64,000 nucleotides of DNA from Alphaproteobacteria bacterium (lineage in GTDB: Bacteria; Pseudomonadota; Alphaproteobacteria; JABAAW01; JAHZMA01): the NCBI GenBank assembly GCA_965205905.1, contig CBDBHZ010000012.1, positions 316,445-380,444 on the forward strand, written 5' to 3'. The notes under the pieces are model-generated. The model had not been told where the DNA came from, searched no databases, and was given only the letters and a program-made list of their open reading frames with translations. Of the stretch, positions 1 through 9,808 are shown one piece after another. The position numbers were made by a program, and so were the translations under genes. Numbering within the stretch: position 1 is the stretch's first letter; every line of letters begins with the position of its first letter.

Positions 1-288
1 TTTATCCGCAACCATGCCGAATCTGCCTATCACCCTTGCGGCACTGCCAAGATGGGCGATAAAAACGATAAAATGGCGGTGGTGGATAATGAATGCCGTG
101 TGATTGGGGTGCAAAATTTACGGGTGGCGGATAGTTCTATTTTTCCGCGAATCACCAATGGCAATTTGAATGCGCCGTCTATCATGGTGGGCGATAAGGC
201 ATCTGACCATATTTTAGGCAAGCCGTTACTGCCTGCTGAAAATCTTGAGGCGTTCACTCATCCAAATTGGCAAAAAAGCCAAAGATGA
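1..288 (+). CDS. GMC-family oxidoreductase (choline dehydrogenase-like), C-terminal fragment; 5' end lies outside the window
   Basis: Frame 1 is open from position 1 ([19 protein letters not shown]...[31 protein letters not shown]), which is typical of a GMC oxidoreductase C-terminus. Stop at 286-288. Confidence 0.6.
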   Translation, partial: FIRNHAESAYHPCGTAKMGDKNDKMAVVDNECRVIGVQNLRVADSSIFPRITNGNLNAPSIMVGDKASDHILGKPLLPAENLEAFTHPNWQKSQR

Positions 289-1193
289 CGCCAGTGAAAA
301 ATCAGGTGAAAAATCAGGTGTTGCATGGCGATTGTATCAATTTGATGCGTGATGTTCCCGATAATAGTGCCGCATTATGTATTGCTGACCCGCCTTATAA
401 TATTGGCAAAGATTTTGGCACTACCCATGATGATGCGATGCCCTTGCCTGATTATCTTGAATGGACAAATCAATGGTTGCAGCAGGCGATTCGAATCGTG
501 AGGCCCGATGGGTTGGTTTATATCTACGGTTATGCTGAAATTCTTGCCCATATTGCGGTTAAATATCCGATTGAGAGGCAACATTGGCTGGTATGGCACT
601 ATAAGAATAAAGCCACACCATCATCAAAATTTTGGCAACGAAGTTCGGAAATGATATTATGCCTATGGCAAACCGCAAATCGCCCAAATCTCAATATTGA
701 TGCGATTCGTGAACCCTATAGCGAGTCATTTTTGAATAATGCGGCGGGCAAAACCCGCGCAGGCACCAAAGGCAGGTTTGGCAAATCGGGTGATGCAACC
801 ACTTACCATGCCCATCAAAATGGCGCATTACCACGTGATGTATTGGAAGTGCCAGCATTGGCAGGCGGCGCGGGCAGAGCGCAAAGATGGTTTTATTGTC
901 GCGATTGCTTTGAGGCATATCCACCTGATTCGGCAAAAAATCACGAAAACCATGATATTTTCAAGCACCCGACTCAAAAGCCGATTCGTTTAACGGAACG
1001 TTTGCTTAATTCTTGCATGCAAAAAGGGGATAAGTTACTTATCCCCTTTGCTGGTTCTGGTTCAGAATGTGTGGTAGCGCGCAATAAAGGGCTAGATTTT
1101 ATCGCTTTTGAGGCGAATAAAGATTACACATTACTTGCTAATTCATGGCTTAACAAAAGCCAATCATCAACAAAATCAGTTAGAAACACCTGA
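285..1193 (+). CDS. beta-class DNA amino-methyltransferase (N6-adenine/N4-cytosine, PF01555-like), apparently orphan
   Basis: N-terminal HGDCINLM and CIADPPYN (motif IV); HPTQKP; C-terminal FAGSGSE (motif I). The motif order IV...I means beta class. The ATG at 285 overlaps the upstream stop (ATGA); an alternative TTG lies at 267. Confidence 0.75.
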   Translation: MTPVKNQVKNQVLHGDCINLMRDVPDNSAALCIADPPYNIGKDFGTTHDDAMPLPDYLEWTNQWLQQAIRIVRPDGLVYIYGYAEILAHIAVKYPIERQHWLVWHYKNKATPSSKFWQRSSEMILCLWQTANRPNLNIDAIREPYSESFLNNAAGKTRAGTKGRFGKSGDATTYHAHQNGALPRDVLEVPALAGGAGRAQRWFYCRDCFEAYPPDSAKNHENHDIFKHPTQKPIRLTERLLNSCMQKGDKLLIPFAGSGSECVVARNKGLDFIAFEANKDYTLLANSWLNKSQSSTKSVRNT

Positions 1194-1784
1194 AACCATA
1201 CTGTTTAATGTGCTTAAGAAGCCATCAATCCCTTGCGATGCAATCACTGCCGAAAATTCAGCGCGTTGTGCCTGCACCATAGAAATATCTTCTACCACCA
1301 CATCAATCACTTTGATACCATCTTTGAATTTACGCATATGCCATTGAATGGTAATCACGCTCTCGCCATTATCGGCTTGGGTTGCAATCACTGATGTGTT
1401 TTTTGACTGATACGCATTGGTAATGGTGATTTTGGTAGGTTTAGAAAAATTTAGGCTTGCAAAACGTGTTGCCATGCTATGCCTAATCCAATTTTTAAAT
1501 AATGTTTCATATTTTGTTTGTTGCTCAGGGCTCATTTGACGCCAATAGCTACCAACCGCAAGCCGTGCAACCGCAGGATAAGACACAAATTGGTCTATCA
1601 AAGTAATTGCAAGCGCTTTACGTTGTTCGGTGCTGATATTTGGGTCAGCGATTTCTTGATATTTATCAATCACATTATCCTGTATCACTGCCCGTGCATT
1701 CGCCAAATCATCGGCAAATGCTGGTAAAGCCACTGATAGTGTAAAACATACCATTATTAATTTAATTATTTTTTGCATTGTCAC
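1176..1784 (-). CDS. mlaC: MlaC/Ttg2D-family phospholipid-binding periplasmic protein
   Basis: Signal peptide (MQKIIKLIMVCFTLSVALPAFA) and overall MlaC-like sequence (IDKYQEIADPNIS...FKNW). The 3' end overlaps the MTase 3' end in convergent orientation. Confidence 0.6.
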   Translation of the reverse strand: MTMQKIIKLIMVCFTLSVALPAFADDLANARAVIQDNVIDKYQEIADPNISTEQRKALAITLIDQFVSYPAVARLAVGSYWRQMSPEQQTKYETLFKNWIRHSMATRFASLNFSKPTKITITNAYQSKNTSVIATQADNGESVITIQWHMRKFKDGIKVIDVVVEDISMVQAQRAEFSAVIASQGIDGFLSTLNSMVSGVSN

Positions 1785-1794
1785 GCTCCTTCAA

Positions 1795-2172
1795 TTAACT
1801 GACAGAAAAAACCATAGTAATCCCTACTGACTGTGTGCTTTTGATAGCATCAGGCTTTTGGGCATTGATTTTAATTTTTAACACTTTTTCATCCTCAAAT
1901 GCAATTGTTGCAATATCACGCGCTAAATTTTCAAGCAGACCTATCTGATGCGTAGCACTGATATATTTCTCAATCTTATTTATAAAGCTGTGATAGCAAA
2001 ATACATTATCATAGTCAATATCTGTGTCAAGATAATTACATAAATTTTTTACAGTAATGTCAAAATTGAGGATTAACTTTTGTGATTGATGCTTCTCATG
2101 CTCGTAAATGCCAACTTTTGTATCAAAACAGAGTTGATTAATATTGACGATGTAAGATTCGGTGTTTGTCAT
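1795..2172 (-). CDS. folB: dihydroneopterin aldolase
   Basis: 125 aa, FolB-like (VGIYEHEKHQSQKLILNFDI). Confidence 0.7.
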   Translation of the reverse strand: MTNTESYIVNINQLCFDTKVGIYEHEKHQSQKLILNFDITVKNLCNYLDTDIDYDNVFCYHSFINKIEKYISATHQIGLLENLARDIATIAFEDEKVLKIKINAQKPDAIKSTQSVGITMVFSVS

Positions 2173-2261
2173 GATTGCGAGTGTTTTTCAGTTGATATTA
2201 AGGTTAATTCTTTTAATGTAAAACCATTGCTTATGCAAGCATAATAGGCTAGAAAGCTAGA

Positions 2262-3146
2262 ATGTTACGTAATATTTTACATCATAAAATGCGCCATAAG
2301 CACCCAAACACGCCCCATAATGACTGTTTGCTGATGGGGATATTGAATATGACTGATGATAGTTTCTCAAATGATGGGCTAGCAAAGCAAAGCGATTCTA
2401 AAGTTTTACAAAGGGCAGAAAATTTTCTACAAGCAGGCGCGGATATTCTTGATATTGGTGGCGAAAGCACACGCCCTAATGCCACTATTATTAGCGCAGA
2501 ACAAGAATATCAGCGCGTTATTCCTGTTATTAAATTGATTCATCAGCATTTTCCTGAGGCGATATTATCTGTGGATACAATGAAAGCAATGGTTGCTGAT
2601 GCGGCGGTGCAAGCGGGCGCAGATATTGTTAACGATGTTACCGCAGGCGCGCATGACCCTGATATGGCGAAAATTGTTGCGGATAAAAACTGTATGATGG
2701 TGCTGATGCATCATAATGCGCGAATTGATTCGGTGGAAAAAGATGCAAAGCGAGGTGATTCTTATCGGGCAAGCGCACAAACTGATATTATGGCTTTGGT
2801 GATTCAGCAATTACAGATAAGAATCGATGCCGTTTGTAATGCAGGAGTAAAGCGCGAGCAAATAATTCTAGATCCCGGTATTGGCTTTGGTAAAACAGTC
2901 AATGATAATTTGCGAATCATCAATCAGCTAGATAAGCTACAAATATTTGGATTGCCGATATTATTGGGCGCAAGCCGCAAATCTTTCATTGGTAAAACAT
3001 TGGACAATGCGATAGATGACCGCTTAATTGGCTCGGTGGTGGCGGCTTTGGTAGGGCGTATGCGCGGTGCTGATATTATCCGCGTGCATGATGTGACTGA
3101 AACCAAGCAAGCATTAACCATTCTAAACGCGCTTACCGATTCGTAA
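2262..3146 (+). CDS. folP: dihydropteroate synthase
   Basis: LLMGILNMTDDSFSNDG and DILDIGGESTRPNA are DHPS signatures. The true start may be an internal Met. Confidence 0.85.
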   Translation: MLRNILHHKMRHKHPNTPHNDCLLMGILNMTDDSFSNDGLAKQSDSKVLQRAENFLQAGADILDIGGESTRPNATIISAEQEYQRVIPVIKLIHQHFPEAILSVDTMKAMVADAAVQAGADIVNDVTAGAHDPDMAKIVADKNCMMVLMHHNARIDSVEKDAKRGDSYRASAQTDIMALVIQQLQIRIDAVCNAGVKREQIILDPGIGFGKTVNDNLRIINQLDKLQIFGLPILLGASRKSFIGKTLDNAIDDRLIGSVVAALVGRMRGADIIRVHDVTETKQALTILNALTDS

Positions 3147-3177
3147 ATAATATTTGGCAGTGAAAAACACCTAAAGA

Positions 3178-3210
3178 AAAAGCCGAAACAATAATGTTTC
3201 GGCTTTAGTT
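3178..3210. terminator. bidirectional rho-independent terminator between convergent folP and ccrM
   Basis: Perfect 10-bp stem agccgaaaca/tgtttcggct with a 4-nt loop, flanked by A-run and T-run. Confidence 0.5.
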
Positions 3211-3228
3211 TGCTACTATGGTGTATTC

Positions 3229-4551
3229 TTATCGCATCATGTTGATGATATTCATGGCATCAGCATTGGCATTCAAAGGCGGTTTTTTATGCAATTTCTT
3301 ATGCGATTCTTGTTTTAATGATAATGTTTTTATATCCGATTCTTGCCACATTTCTACCGACATATTATTATTTGGCATATGACTGTTGAAAACATTTTCA
3401 TCCTCAGCTTCTGCCCTGAAATCGGGCGGTGCTGCCAATAGCGGATTGCGTGGCGGTAATCCAACAGGTGCTTTTGCAGGATATAATTTTGCGCGCAAAT
3501 CGTTGATGGATATGCTTTCGCCATCACGTTCAACATGCCAATAAGTCCAGCCATTGCAACTGGGCAGGCCTTGCAAAGTTGCGCCAATCTTATGAATCGA
3601 GCCACGATGCGCCCCCGATTCGATACTGGCATCAGCATAAATTTTGGCAACAAAGCGTCTATCATTGCTAAATAAATCCTCACCCGCTTGTAGCAAGCCA
3701 CTTTCTAATAGATTACCAAAAGGAATGCGAATTTGATTGTTACGCGCAACACCTTTCATATAATGCTTCATTTTCGGTTCTAACTGCTTAATATCAGCGA
3801 GCCGTTGCGTGGCGACATCAATATAATCTTTTCGTTGCTCAACACCGATATAATTACGCCCTAATTTTTTGGCAACCGCAAGCGATGTGCCAGTGCCAGC
3901 AAAGGGGTCAAACACAATATGTCCGGGTTCGGTGCAGGCATTGATGATGCGGTAAAGCAAGGATTCAGGCTTTTGCGTGGGATGCGCTTTTTTGCCCGCC
4001 TCATCTTTCATACGCTCGCCACCCGTGCAAATCGGCAGATACCAATCCGAACGCATTTGCGTATCATCATTCATGCTTTTCAGCGATTGATAATTAAAGT
4101 GATATTTTGCCTTTGGCGATTTTACCGCCCATAGCAAAATTTCGTGAGCGTTGGTAAAACGTGTGCCACGAAAATTAGGCATCGGGTTAGATTTCACCCA
4201 AATCACATCATTGATAAGCCAGAAACCGTTATCCTGCAAAATTTTACCGATGCGGTAAATATTATGATAACTGCCAATCACCCATAATGACGCATCATCT
4301 TTCATGATACGTTTTGCGCCTGATAGCCATTGTTCGGTGAATGAATCATAATGGGCAAAATCGTCAAATTCGTCCCATTTTTCATTGACGCCATCAACCA
4401 TTGATTGGTCGGGGCGCGTTAAGTCGCTGTTGAGTTGTAAGAAGTAGGGGGGGTCTGCAAATACTAAATCTACAGATTCCGATGGCATATCCTGCATCAC
4501 TGATACAGAATCGCCCGCCACTACCCGATTTAGGGGTAAGTCGTTGAACAT
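3229..4551 (-). CDS. ccrM: cell-cycle-regulated DNA adenine methyltransferase CcrM (GANTC family) with ~75-aa low-complexity C-terminal extension
   Basis: Near-colinear match to CcrM: SVDLVFADPPYFLQL, GSYHNIYRIGKILQDNGFWLINDVIWVKSNPMPNFRGTRFTNAHE, HPTQKPESLLYRII, GSIHKIGA...CNGWTYWH. Conserved ccrM-rnhB synteny. Confidence 0.85.
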   Translation of the reverse strand: MFNDLPLNRVVAGDSVSVMQDMPSESVDLVFADPPYFLQLNSDLTRPDQSMVDGVNEKWDEFDDFAHYDSFTEQWLSGAKRIMKDDASLWVIGSYHNIYRIGKILQDNGFWLINDVIWVKSNPMPNFRGTRFTNAHEILLWAVKSPKAKYHFNYQSLKSMNDDTQMRSDWYLPICTGGERMKDEAGKKAHPTQKPESLLYRIINACTEPGHIVFDPFAGTGTSLAVAKKLGRNYIGVEQRKDYIDVATQRLADIKQLEPKMKHYMKGVARNNQIRIPFGNLLESGLLQAGEDLFSNDRRFVAKIYADASIESGAHRGSIHKIGATLQGLPSCNGWTYWHVERDGESISINDLRAKLYPAKAPVGLPPRNPLLAAPPDFRAEAEDENVFNSHMPNNNMSVEMWQESDIKTLSLKQESHKKLHKKPPLNANADAMNIINMMR

Positions 4552-4694
4552 TGTTATTGCCTCATATCCAAATGTTTTCTACATTATAATTGCTATGCTT
4601 CTGCATTTAGCAATATACGGTTTTCTACCATATTTTGTTATTGTAACCGAAACTGGCAGTCAAAATCAAGCCTATTCCCCATGCGGAATAAATT

Positions 4695-5294
4695 TCATTT
4701 TTGCAACAAGCTTTTAACAGGCTGATAGCTGGTGCGGTGATGGGGCGTGATATGGTGCTGTATCAGCGCGTTTACGTGGTTTTTGGTGCCATAACCCATA
4801 TTTTTCTGCCAATCATAATGCGGATAGCGTTGATGCAGACATCGCATTAATTTATCACGCAATGTTTTCGCCAAGATAGATGCGGCGGCAATCGCAAGAT
4901 GGCTATTATCGCCTTTCACGATGGCGATACTGGGTTCGTGCATATTATCGGGGGTTTTATTGCCATCAATCAAAAACTGCTTCACATTGATATGCGGATA
5001 GGCAAGCATCATATTATCGGCGGCGCGTTTCATGGCATTCATACTGGCGTTTAAGATATTGATGCGGTCGATTTCCCTCACCGATGCCGCGCCATAGCCA
5101 TAGGCGGTAAATTGGGTGATAGCAGTCGCTAATTGCTCGCGCTTGGTGGCGCTTAGTTTTTTACTATCGTTAATATCGGCGCAAAATGATGGCAATGTTT
5201 TATCGGGGAAGCAAACGCAAGCGCTGATAACAGGTCCTGCTAACGGACCTCTGCCTGCTTCGTCAATACCAGCATGAAAGGGCAGATGAATCAA
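4695..5294 (-). CDS. rnhB: ribonuclease HII
   Basis: GIDEAGRGPLAGPVISACV N-terminal motif; 199 aa. Confidence 0.85.
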   Translation of the reverse strand: MIHLPFHAGIDEAGRGPLAGPVISACVCFPDKTLPSFCADINDSKKLSATKREQLATAITQFTAYGYGAASVREIDRINILNASMNAMKRAADNMMLAYPHINVKQFLIDGNKTPDNMHEPSIAIVKGDNSHLAIAAASILAKTLRDKLMRCLHQRYPHYDWQKNMGYGTKNHVNALIQHHITPHHRTSYQPVKSLLQK

Positions 5295-6724
5295 GTCGAT
5301 TCTTTCTTATCCTTCTCACCATTTTTCATTGGCTTTTTTGATGCCGTCTTTTTTGGGGCATCACCAAATGCTGCATCGATTTCGTCTTGCAAGGGGTTTT
5401 TCTTGGTATTAAAACCACTCAACAGTAAAAACGGTTGCGCTAGCACGACCACCAGCGGGAACGCGAAAATCCGCGCCATGATTGTTTTCTTCTGCCCTGT
5501 TTGATTGAGATACATAGATGCAATCAAATCGGTAAGTGAGCCACCTGATGACAAGCCAGTTTTCTGCACGCGCCGTGCCGCATCAACACAAATCGGGCTG
5601 ATAATAAGCGACATAACGGTAACTGCTACCAAGAAACGTTGTAATTCGGGGTCGATAATGCCGATTGAAAGCGCAACTGTGCCAAACACAAACGAGAATT
5701 CACCCATTTGCCCTAACAACATGCCCCCCATAATTGCAAATGACCAACTTTCACGTAACATTCGCAAGGCAAGCACATTTAGCAATATCTTAAACACTGT
5801 CGCCACCAATAGCAACCCTAGCACCAGAAGGAAATTTTCAGCTAAGAAAGTCAAATCAATCAGCAAGCCGACCGATAAGAAAAACGCCATCATCAGAATC
5901 ACTTTAATGGGCTCAGTATTATGCATTGCAAAATCATGCTGTGCCGAATTGCCGATAATCAAGCCCGCCAAAAACGCGCCAAATGCAGGTGATAAGCCCA
6001 TCACGCCCGTTACAAGCGCAAAACCAAAACACCATGAGACCGCCGCTAACGGCGCTAAATCGGGTTTTGTGGTCAGCAAATCAGAGAATGGGAGATTAAT
6101 GTTCCCCTTTCGAATCAACAGCAAGATAACACCTACCAGTAAAGCGATAGAAAGCATCACTTCGGAACCAATGGTGACAACGCTAGAAAGCGTAGAGCGG
6201 TTATGCGATGAGGTGAAGCCGTTAAGAATCAGCAACATCGGCGCAACTGCCAAATCTTGGGCAATCAACACGCCCACCACTAACTGACCGATACGCGAAT
6301 TGCCCTCGCCAATCTCTTGAATGATGGTAACGGCAACCGCTGTGGAGGAAATAGCCAGACAGAATGAAAACAACACGGCTTGCGCTGTGGTAAGATAAAA
6401 CAGGCTTTTCAAGCCCCATACAATGCCCATAGAGCCGATGATTTGCAAAATAACAATCAGCACGGCCTTATGCCAGATTTTACGGAAAGATTGTAAGGAT
6501 AGCTCGATACCAATGAAATATAGCAGCAGAATAATGCCTAATTCTGCCAATAAAGCGATGGTTTTTTCTTCGGTTACAAATTCTAATCCGCTAGGGCCAA
6601 GAATAACACCTGCAAAAATATAGCCGATAATGGGCGGTTGCCGAAATTGCACCATCGTCATGCCACAAAAAGCACAACAAATGGCAATAATGCCAATCCC
6701 TAATAATTCACCGATACCATGCAT
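5291..6724 (-). CDS. cation:proton antiporter (CPA2/Kef-like membrane domain, no obvious KTN domain)
   Basis: About 12 predicted TM helices; Na+/H+-exchanger-family N-terminus (GYIFAGVILGPSGL). Confidence 0.65.
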   Translation of the reverse strand: MHGIGELLGIGIIAICCAFCGMTMVQFRQPPIIGYIFAGVILGPSGLEFVTEEKTIALLAELGIILLLYFIGIELSLQSFRKIWHKAVLIVILQIIGSMGIVWGLKSLFYLTTAQAVLFSFCLAISSTAVAVTIIQEIGEGNSRIGQLVVGVLIAQDLAVAPMLLILNGFTSSHNRSTLSSVVTIGSEVMLSIALLVGVILLLIRKGNINLPFSDLLTTKPDLAPLAAVSWCFGFALVTGVMGLSPAFGAFLAGLIIGNSAQHDFAMHNTEPIKVILMMAFFLSVGLLIDLTFLAENFLLVLGLLLVATVFKILLNVLALRMLRESWSFAIMGGMLLGQMGEFSFVFGTVALSIGIIDPELQRFLVAVTVMSLIISPICVDAARRVQKTGLSSGGSLTDLIASMYLNQTGQKKTIMARIFAFPLVVVLAQPFLLLSGFNTKKNPLQDEIDAAFGDAPKKTASKKPMKNGEKDKKEST

Positions 6725-6814
6725 GGAATTTTCATATCTCCGTCAAAAATTTCGCTATAGTAGCTTTTTTTGAGAGTAATTTAAACTGTTAAAATATTTT
6801 TTACTGAAAAAGGA

Positions 6815-7264
6815 TTAGATAAAAGGATTCGGTGGCATATTTTTTGGCAAATAGAGTGAATTTTGAAATTGTTCCACCCATTCCAAATAGCCATCAATAT
6901 CATCGGTTTTATAGCCAAGCAACTGCCCGATTCTACGTTCAATATCAGGTGTGATTTTACCATCAGGTTGATAGCATGATTCCAGCAACTGATATAATCT
7001 CTTGGCATCTTGTGTTTTATCGGCGGTAAAGAAAATCTTGAAAATCAGTTTTTTTGAACCACGTCGTCTCTGTTTTGCAGGATTTTGGGGTGCTATAGTC
7101 TCTAATGTAAGCGAAGAGAATGTTTCTTGATTGGCAAATTCAGCGGGCAGGGATTCGTTATGCAGTGCAAAAAGCGCAACATGTTTTTCACCTTTTTGCA
7201 TTAACTGCCATTCTAGCCCTTGATGCGGATTAACCGCTTGCGGTATATAAATATCATCTGGCAT
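6815..7264 (-). CDS. hypothetical protein
   Basis: ORF only; no family recognised. Start chosen at an internal Met. Confidence 0.3.
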   Translation of the reverse strand: MPDDIYIPQAVNPHQGLEWQLMQKGEKHVALFALHNESLPAEFANQETFSSLTLETIAPQNPAKQRRRGSKKLIFKIFFTADKTQDAKRLYQLLESCYQPDGKITPDIERRIGQLLGYKTDDIDGYLEWVEQFQNSLYLPKNMPPNPFI

Positions 7265-7328
7265 GATTGAACCCAATGTTGAATTTTGCAATGTAATACA
7301 TAATTTATGCGTTTGATACAAGAATATA

Positions 7329-8399
7329 ATGACAAATTTTCAACCCCACCGTTTTACTGTTGCCCCGATGATGGGCTATAGCCATCGCCACTTTCTTGCT
7401 TTTATGCGAATTATCAGCAAACATTGTCTGTTATTTACCGAAATGTTGCCGATAGCGGCGGTGGTTGCCAATCAGCAAAAATTATGCGATTGGCGGCATG
7501 ATAACGCGCCATTGATTGTGCAATTAGGTGGGTCTGATACCGCATTACTGGCGCAATCATGCAAAATTATCAGCGATTACGGTGGGGCAACTGGTGGGGC
7601 TGTGGGCATTAATCTTAATATGGGATGTCCGTCATCACGGGTGGAAAAGGGCGCGTTTGGCGCATGTTTGATGCTAGAACCAGAAAAAAGCGCATCATTG
7701 GTTGCGGCGATGAAACAAGCAACCTCTTTGCCTATCAGCGTTAAACTCCGCATTGGTGTGGATAGGGGAGGCGTTAATAAAAGCGGTGAGTATAGCGAGG
7801 AAGATGCCGAGAAACTCTATCATTTGATTGGTTTGCTGGTATCTGCGGGTGCCAGTGAGATTTATCTTCATGCCCGCAAAGCGATATTAAAGAAACTGAA
7901 CCCAAAACAGAATCGCAACATTCCGCCATTGCGTTATGATATTGCACAGGCTTGCAAGCAGAACTTTCCTGATGTGCCGATTATCGTTAATGGCGGTATC
8001 GATTCGATGGCGCAAGCAAAAACATTGTTGCAAGATTATGATGGGGTGATGATAGGGCGCGGCTGTATCAATCATCCGCTTCAATTTATGGGCATCGATA
8101 AGGAAATTTTTGGCGATGATGCTGATATGCCAAGCATCGATTCGATATTTCAGCAATATTTAGACTATATGTATCAAGAGTTGGCACGGGTTAAACAGGG
8201 CAATCATTCGGAACGCTATCAGCAAAAATCGGTGTATCATTTTATGTTGCAACCATTACTCACCTTTCTATATGGCATGAAAGGCGCGAAACAATGGCGG
8301 ATAATGGTCAATAATCTGTTCCAAAACCCTGAATTGCTACATGATAAAGCTTATATGCGGGATATGCGTGAAGTCTTACTGAATTTTTATGTTGAGTAG
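7329..8399 (+). CDS. dus: tRNA-dihydrouridine synthase (DusA-like)
   Basis: NLNMGCPSSRVEKGAFGACLM catalytic-Cys motif and TIM-barrel Dus layout. Confidence 0.8.
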   Translation: MTNFQPHRFTVAPMMGYSHRHFLAFMRIISKHCLLFTEMLPIAAVVANQQKLCDWRHDNAPLIVQLGGSDTALLAQSCKIISDYGGATGGAVGINLNMGCPSSRVEKGAFGACLMLEPEKSASLVAAMKQATSLPISVKLRIGVDRGGVNKSGEYSEEDAEKLYHLIGLLVSAGASEIYLHARKAILKKLNPKQNRNIPPLRYDIAQACKQNFPDVPIIVNGGIDSMAQAKTLLQDYDGVMIGRGCINHPLQFMGIDKEIFGDDADMPSIDSIFQQYLDYMYQELARVKQGNHSERYQQKSVYHFMLQPLLTFLYGMKGAKQWRIMVNNLFQNPELLHDKAYMRDMREVLLNFYVE

Positions 8400-8431
8400 T
8401 AGCAACACGGAACACCGCTAATATTGAGTAT

Positions 8432-8558
8432 GGCGGGGGGATTATCAAGGGTGAGGTTTGCCCGCCATTGGTACAAGGGCAAACCGAACTTGCATAGGTT
8501 TGTAGGGGTGCCGCCGCACCCCCCTTGATACATAAAACAACCTCGCAAAGCCCCCCAT
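8432..8558. repeat. GC-rich nested palindromic element (stacked hairpins) in the dusA / MTase-HNH convergent intergenic region
   Basis: Perfect 9-bp stem ggtttgccc(8456-8464)/gggcaaacc(8477-8485). Perfect 7-bp stem ggggtgc(8505-8511)-cgcc-gcacccc(8516-8522). Outer arms tatcaaggg(8443-8451)/cccttgata(8522-8530) and ggcgggggg/gccccccat. Confidence 0.5.
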
Positions 8559-8566
8559 ATATAGAC

Positions 8567-9808
8567 TCAACTATAATTAATCACTTCTCTCGCTTCTTTA
8601 ATTTTCTTCACCTTTGCAAGCAAATATTCCATTGGGCGATTGCCTTTTACGCGGTTACAATTGCCACATAAAAGCTGATAATTTTCGTAATAATCACCGC
8701 CTCCTTTTGACTTGGGAATCACATGGTCAATCTCAAGATTGCGCTGTTCAAATTCATTAAAGCAACCGTTACATTTTCCTGTTTGCGCTTTATGTAAACG
8801 TGTTTTAATTGGCTCTGCTGGTGCGATTCTCTCAACATCTGTTCGTTGCGGCGGAATGGTTGTATTGATAAAATCTGAAAACATGCCTGCATCACCTGAT
8901 AGACGTTCCACCAATATATCAGCGGCTTTTTCTTCAATATCACAGCCAATCCATTTGCGATTTAATTGTTGTGATGCCACGCAAGCAGTGGCACAGCCAC
9001 AAAACGGGTCGAATACCACATCGCCTTTGTTACTTGATGCTTTAATGATGCGATGCAGTAACGCAAGCGGTTTTTGTGTTGGGTATCCTGTGCGTTCTTT
9101 TGGTGAAATATGCCCACCAGCTGGTATATCAGTCCAGTAATCCGCGGGCAATCTACCCCTTGCGATATATTCTGCCTGAACATCCTTGTCTTGCAATTTG
9201 CCACCGCCATCACCCCATATAGCGGGTTTTTTGCCCTTATCTGAATTTAGTCTTTTATACGGAATTCTAACATCATCATCATTGAAAACCCAATCATCAC
9301 TTTTGCTATATCGTAATATAGTGTCATGCTTTTTTGGAAAATTATTGCGCGACCCACTAGGACCACTATAACACCATATAATTTCATTACGAAAATTATT
9401 CTTGCCAAAAATGCCATCCATAATGATTTTTAGATAATGGCTTGCGGTTGGGTCAATATGCACATAGATACTGCCTGTTACTTTTAATATTCTGTTCATC
9501 TCAAGCAATCTCTGTGTCATATAGGCAATATACGAAGCCATCGCTGTTGAATGCAGGCGATAGATGCTATCAATAAAATCAGCAATATCAGGGTGGGTTT
9601 CATAAAGCCTCTCAAGGTAAGCGATATTAACATCGTCCCAACGCCACATATCCTTAAATGATGCCCCTGCTGATTTACTACCTACTGGCGCAGAATAAGT
9701 GCGCTTGCTATTAAAAGGTGGGTCAAGATAGATGAGGTCAACTGATTCGCTATCCATGCCATTAAGCAGAAATAGATTATCCAATGTATAAAGGGTGTTA
9801 CTACTCAT
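8567..9808 (-). CDS. beta-class DNA amino-methyltransferase fused to C-terminal HNH endonuclease domain
   Basis: MTase part: SVDLIYLDPPFNSK (motif IV), NEIIW, GYPTQKPLALLHRII, DPFCGCATA (motif I). Tail: CNGCFN...IDHVIPKSKGG...N...CGNCNRVKGN, a canonical HNH. The start overlaps the fliN stop. Confidence 0.8.
   Translation of the reverse strand: MSSNTLYTLDNLFLLNGMDSESVDLIYLDPPFNSKRTYSAPVGSKSAGASFKDMWRWDDVNIAYLERLYETHPDIADFIDSIYRLHSTAMASYIAYMTQRLLEMNRILKVTGSIYVHIDPTASHYLKIIMDGIFGKNNFRNEIIWCYSGPSGSRNNFPKKHDTILRYSKSDDWVFNDDDVRIPYKRLNSDKGKKPAIWGDGGGKLQDKDVQAEYIARGRLPADYWTDIPAGGHISPKERTGYPTQKPLALLHRIIKASSNKGDVVFDPFCGCATACVASQQLNRKWIGCDIEEKAADILVERLSGDAGMFSDFINTTIPPQRTDVERIAPAEPIKTRLHKAQTGKCNGCFNEFEQRNLEIDHVIPKSKGGGDYYENYQLLCGNCNRVKGNRPMEYLLAKVKKIKEAREVINYS

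Noticed and set aside
5505-6287. 260-aa ORF antisense to the CPA2 antiporter gene
   Set aside because: It lies fully inside a well-supported membrane-protein gene on the opposite strand. Its product is low-complexity Ser/Thr/Ile-rich with no motif, typical of a shadow ORF.
8400-8566. Possible tRNA or integrase attachment site at the dusA 3' end
   Set aside because: No cloverleaf or T-loop (GTTCRANYC) consensus is present. Known DusA-specific integrases target the 5' end of dusA, and no integrase gene is present.
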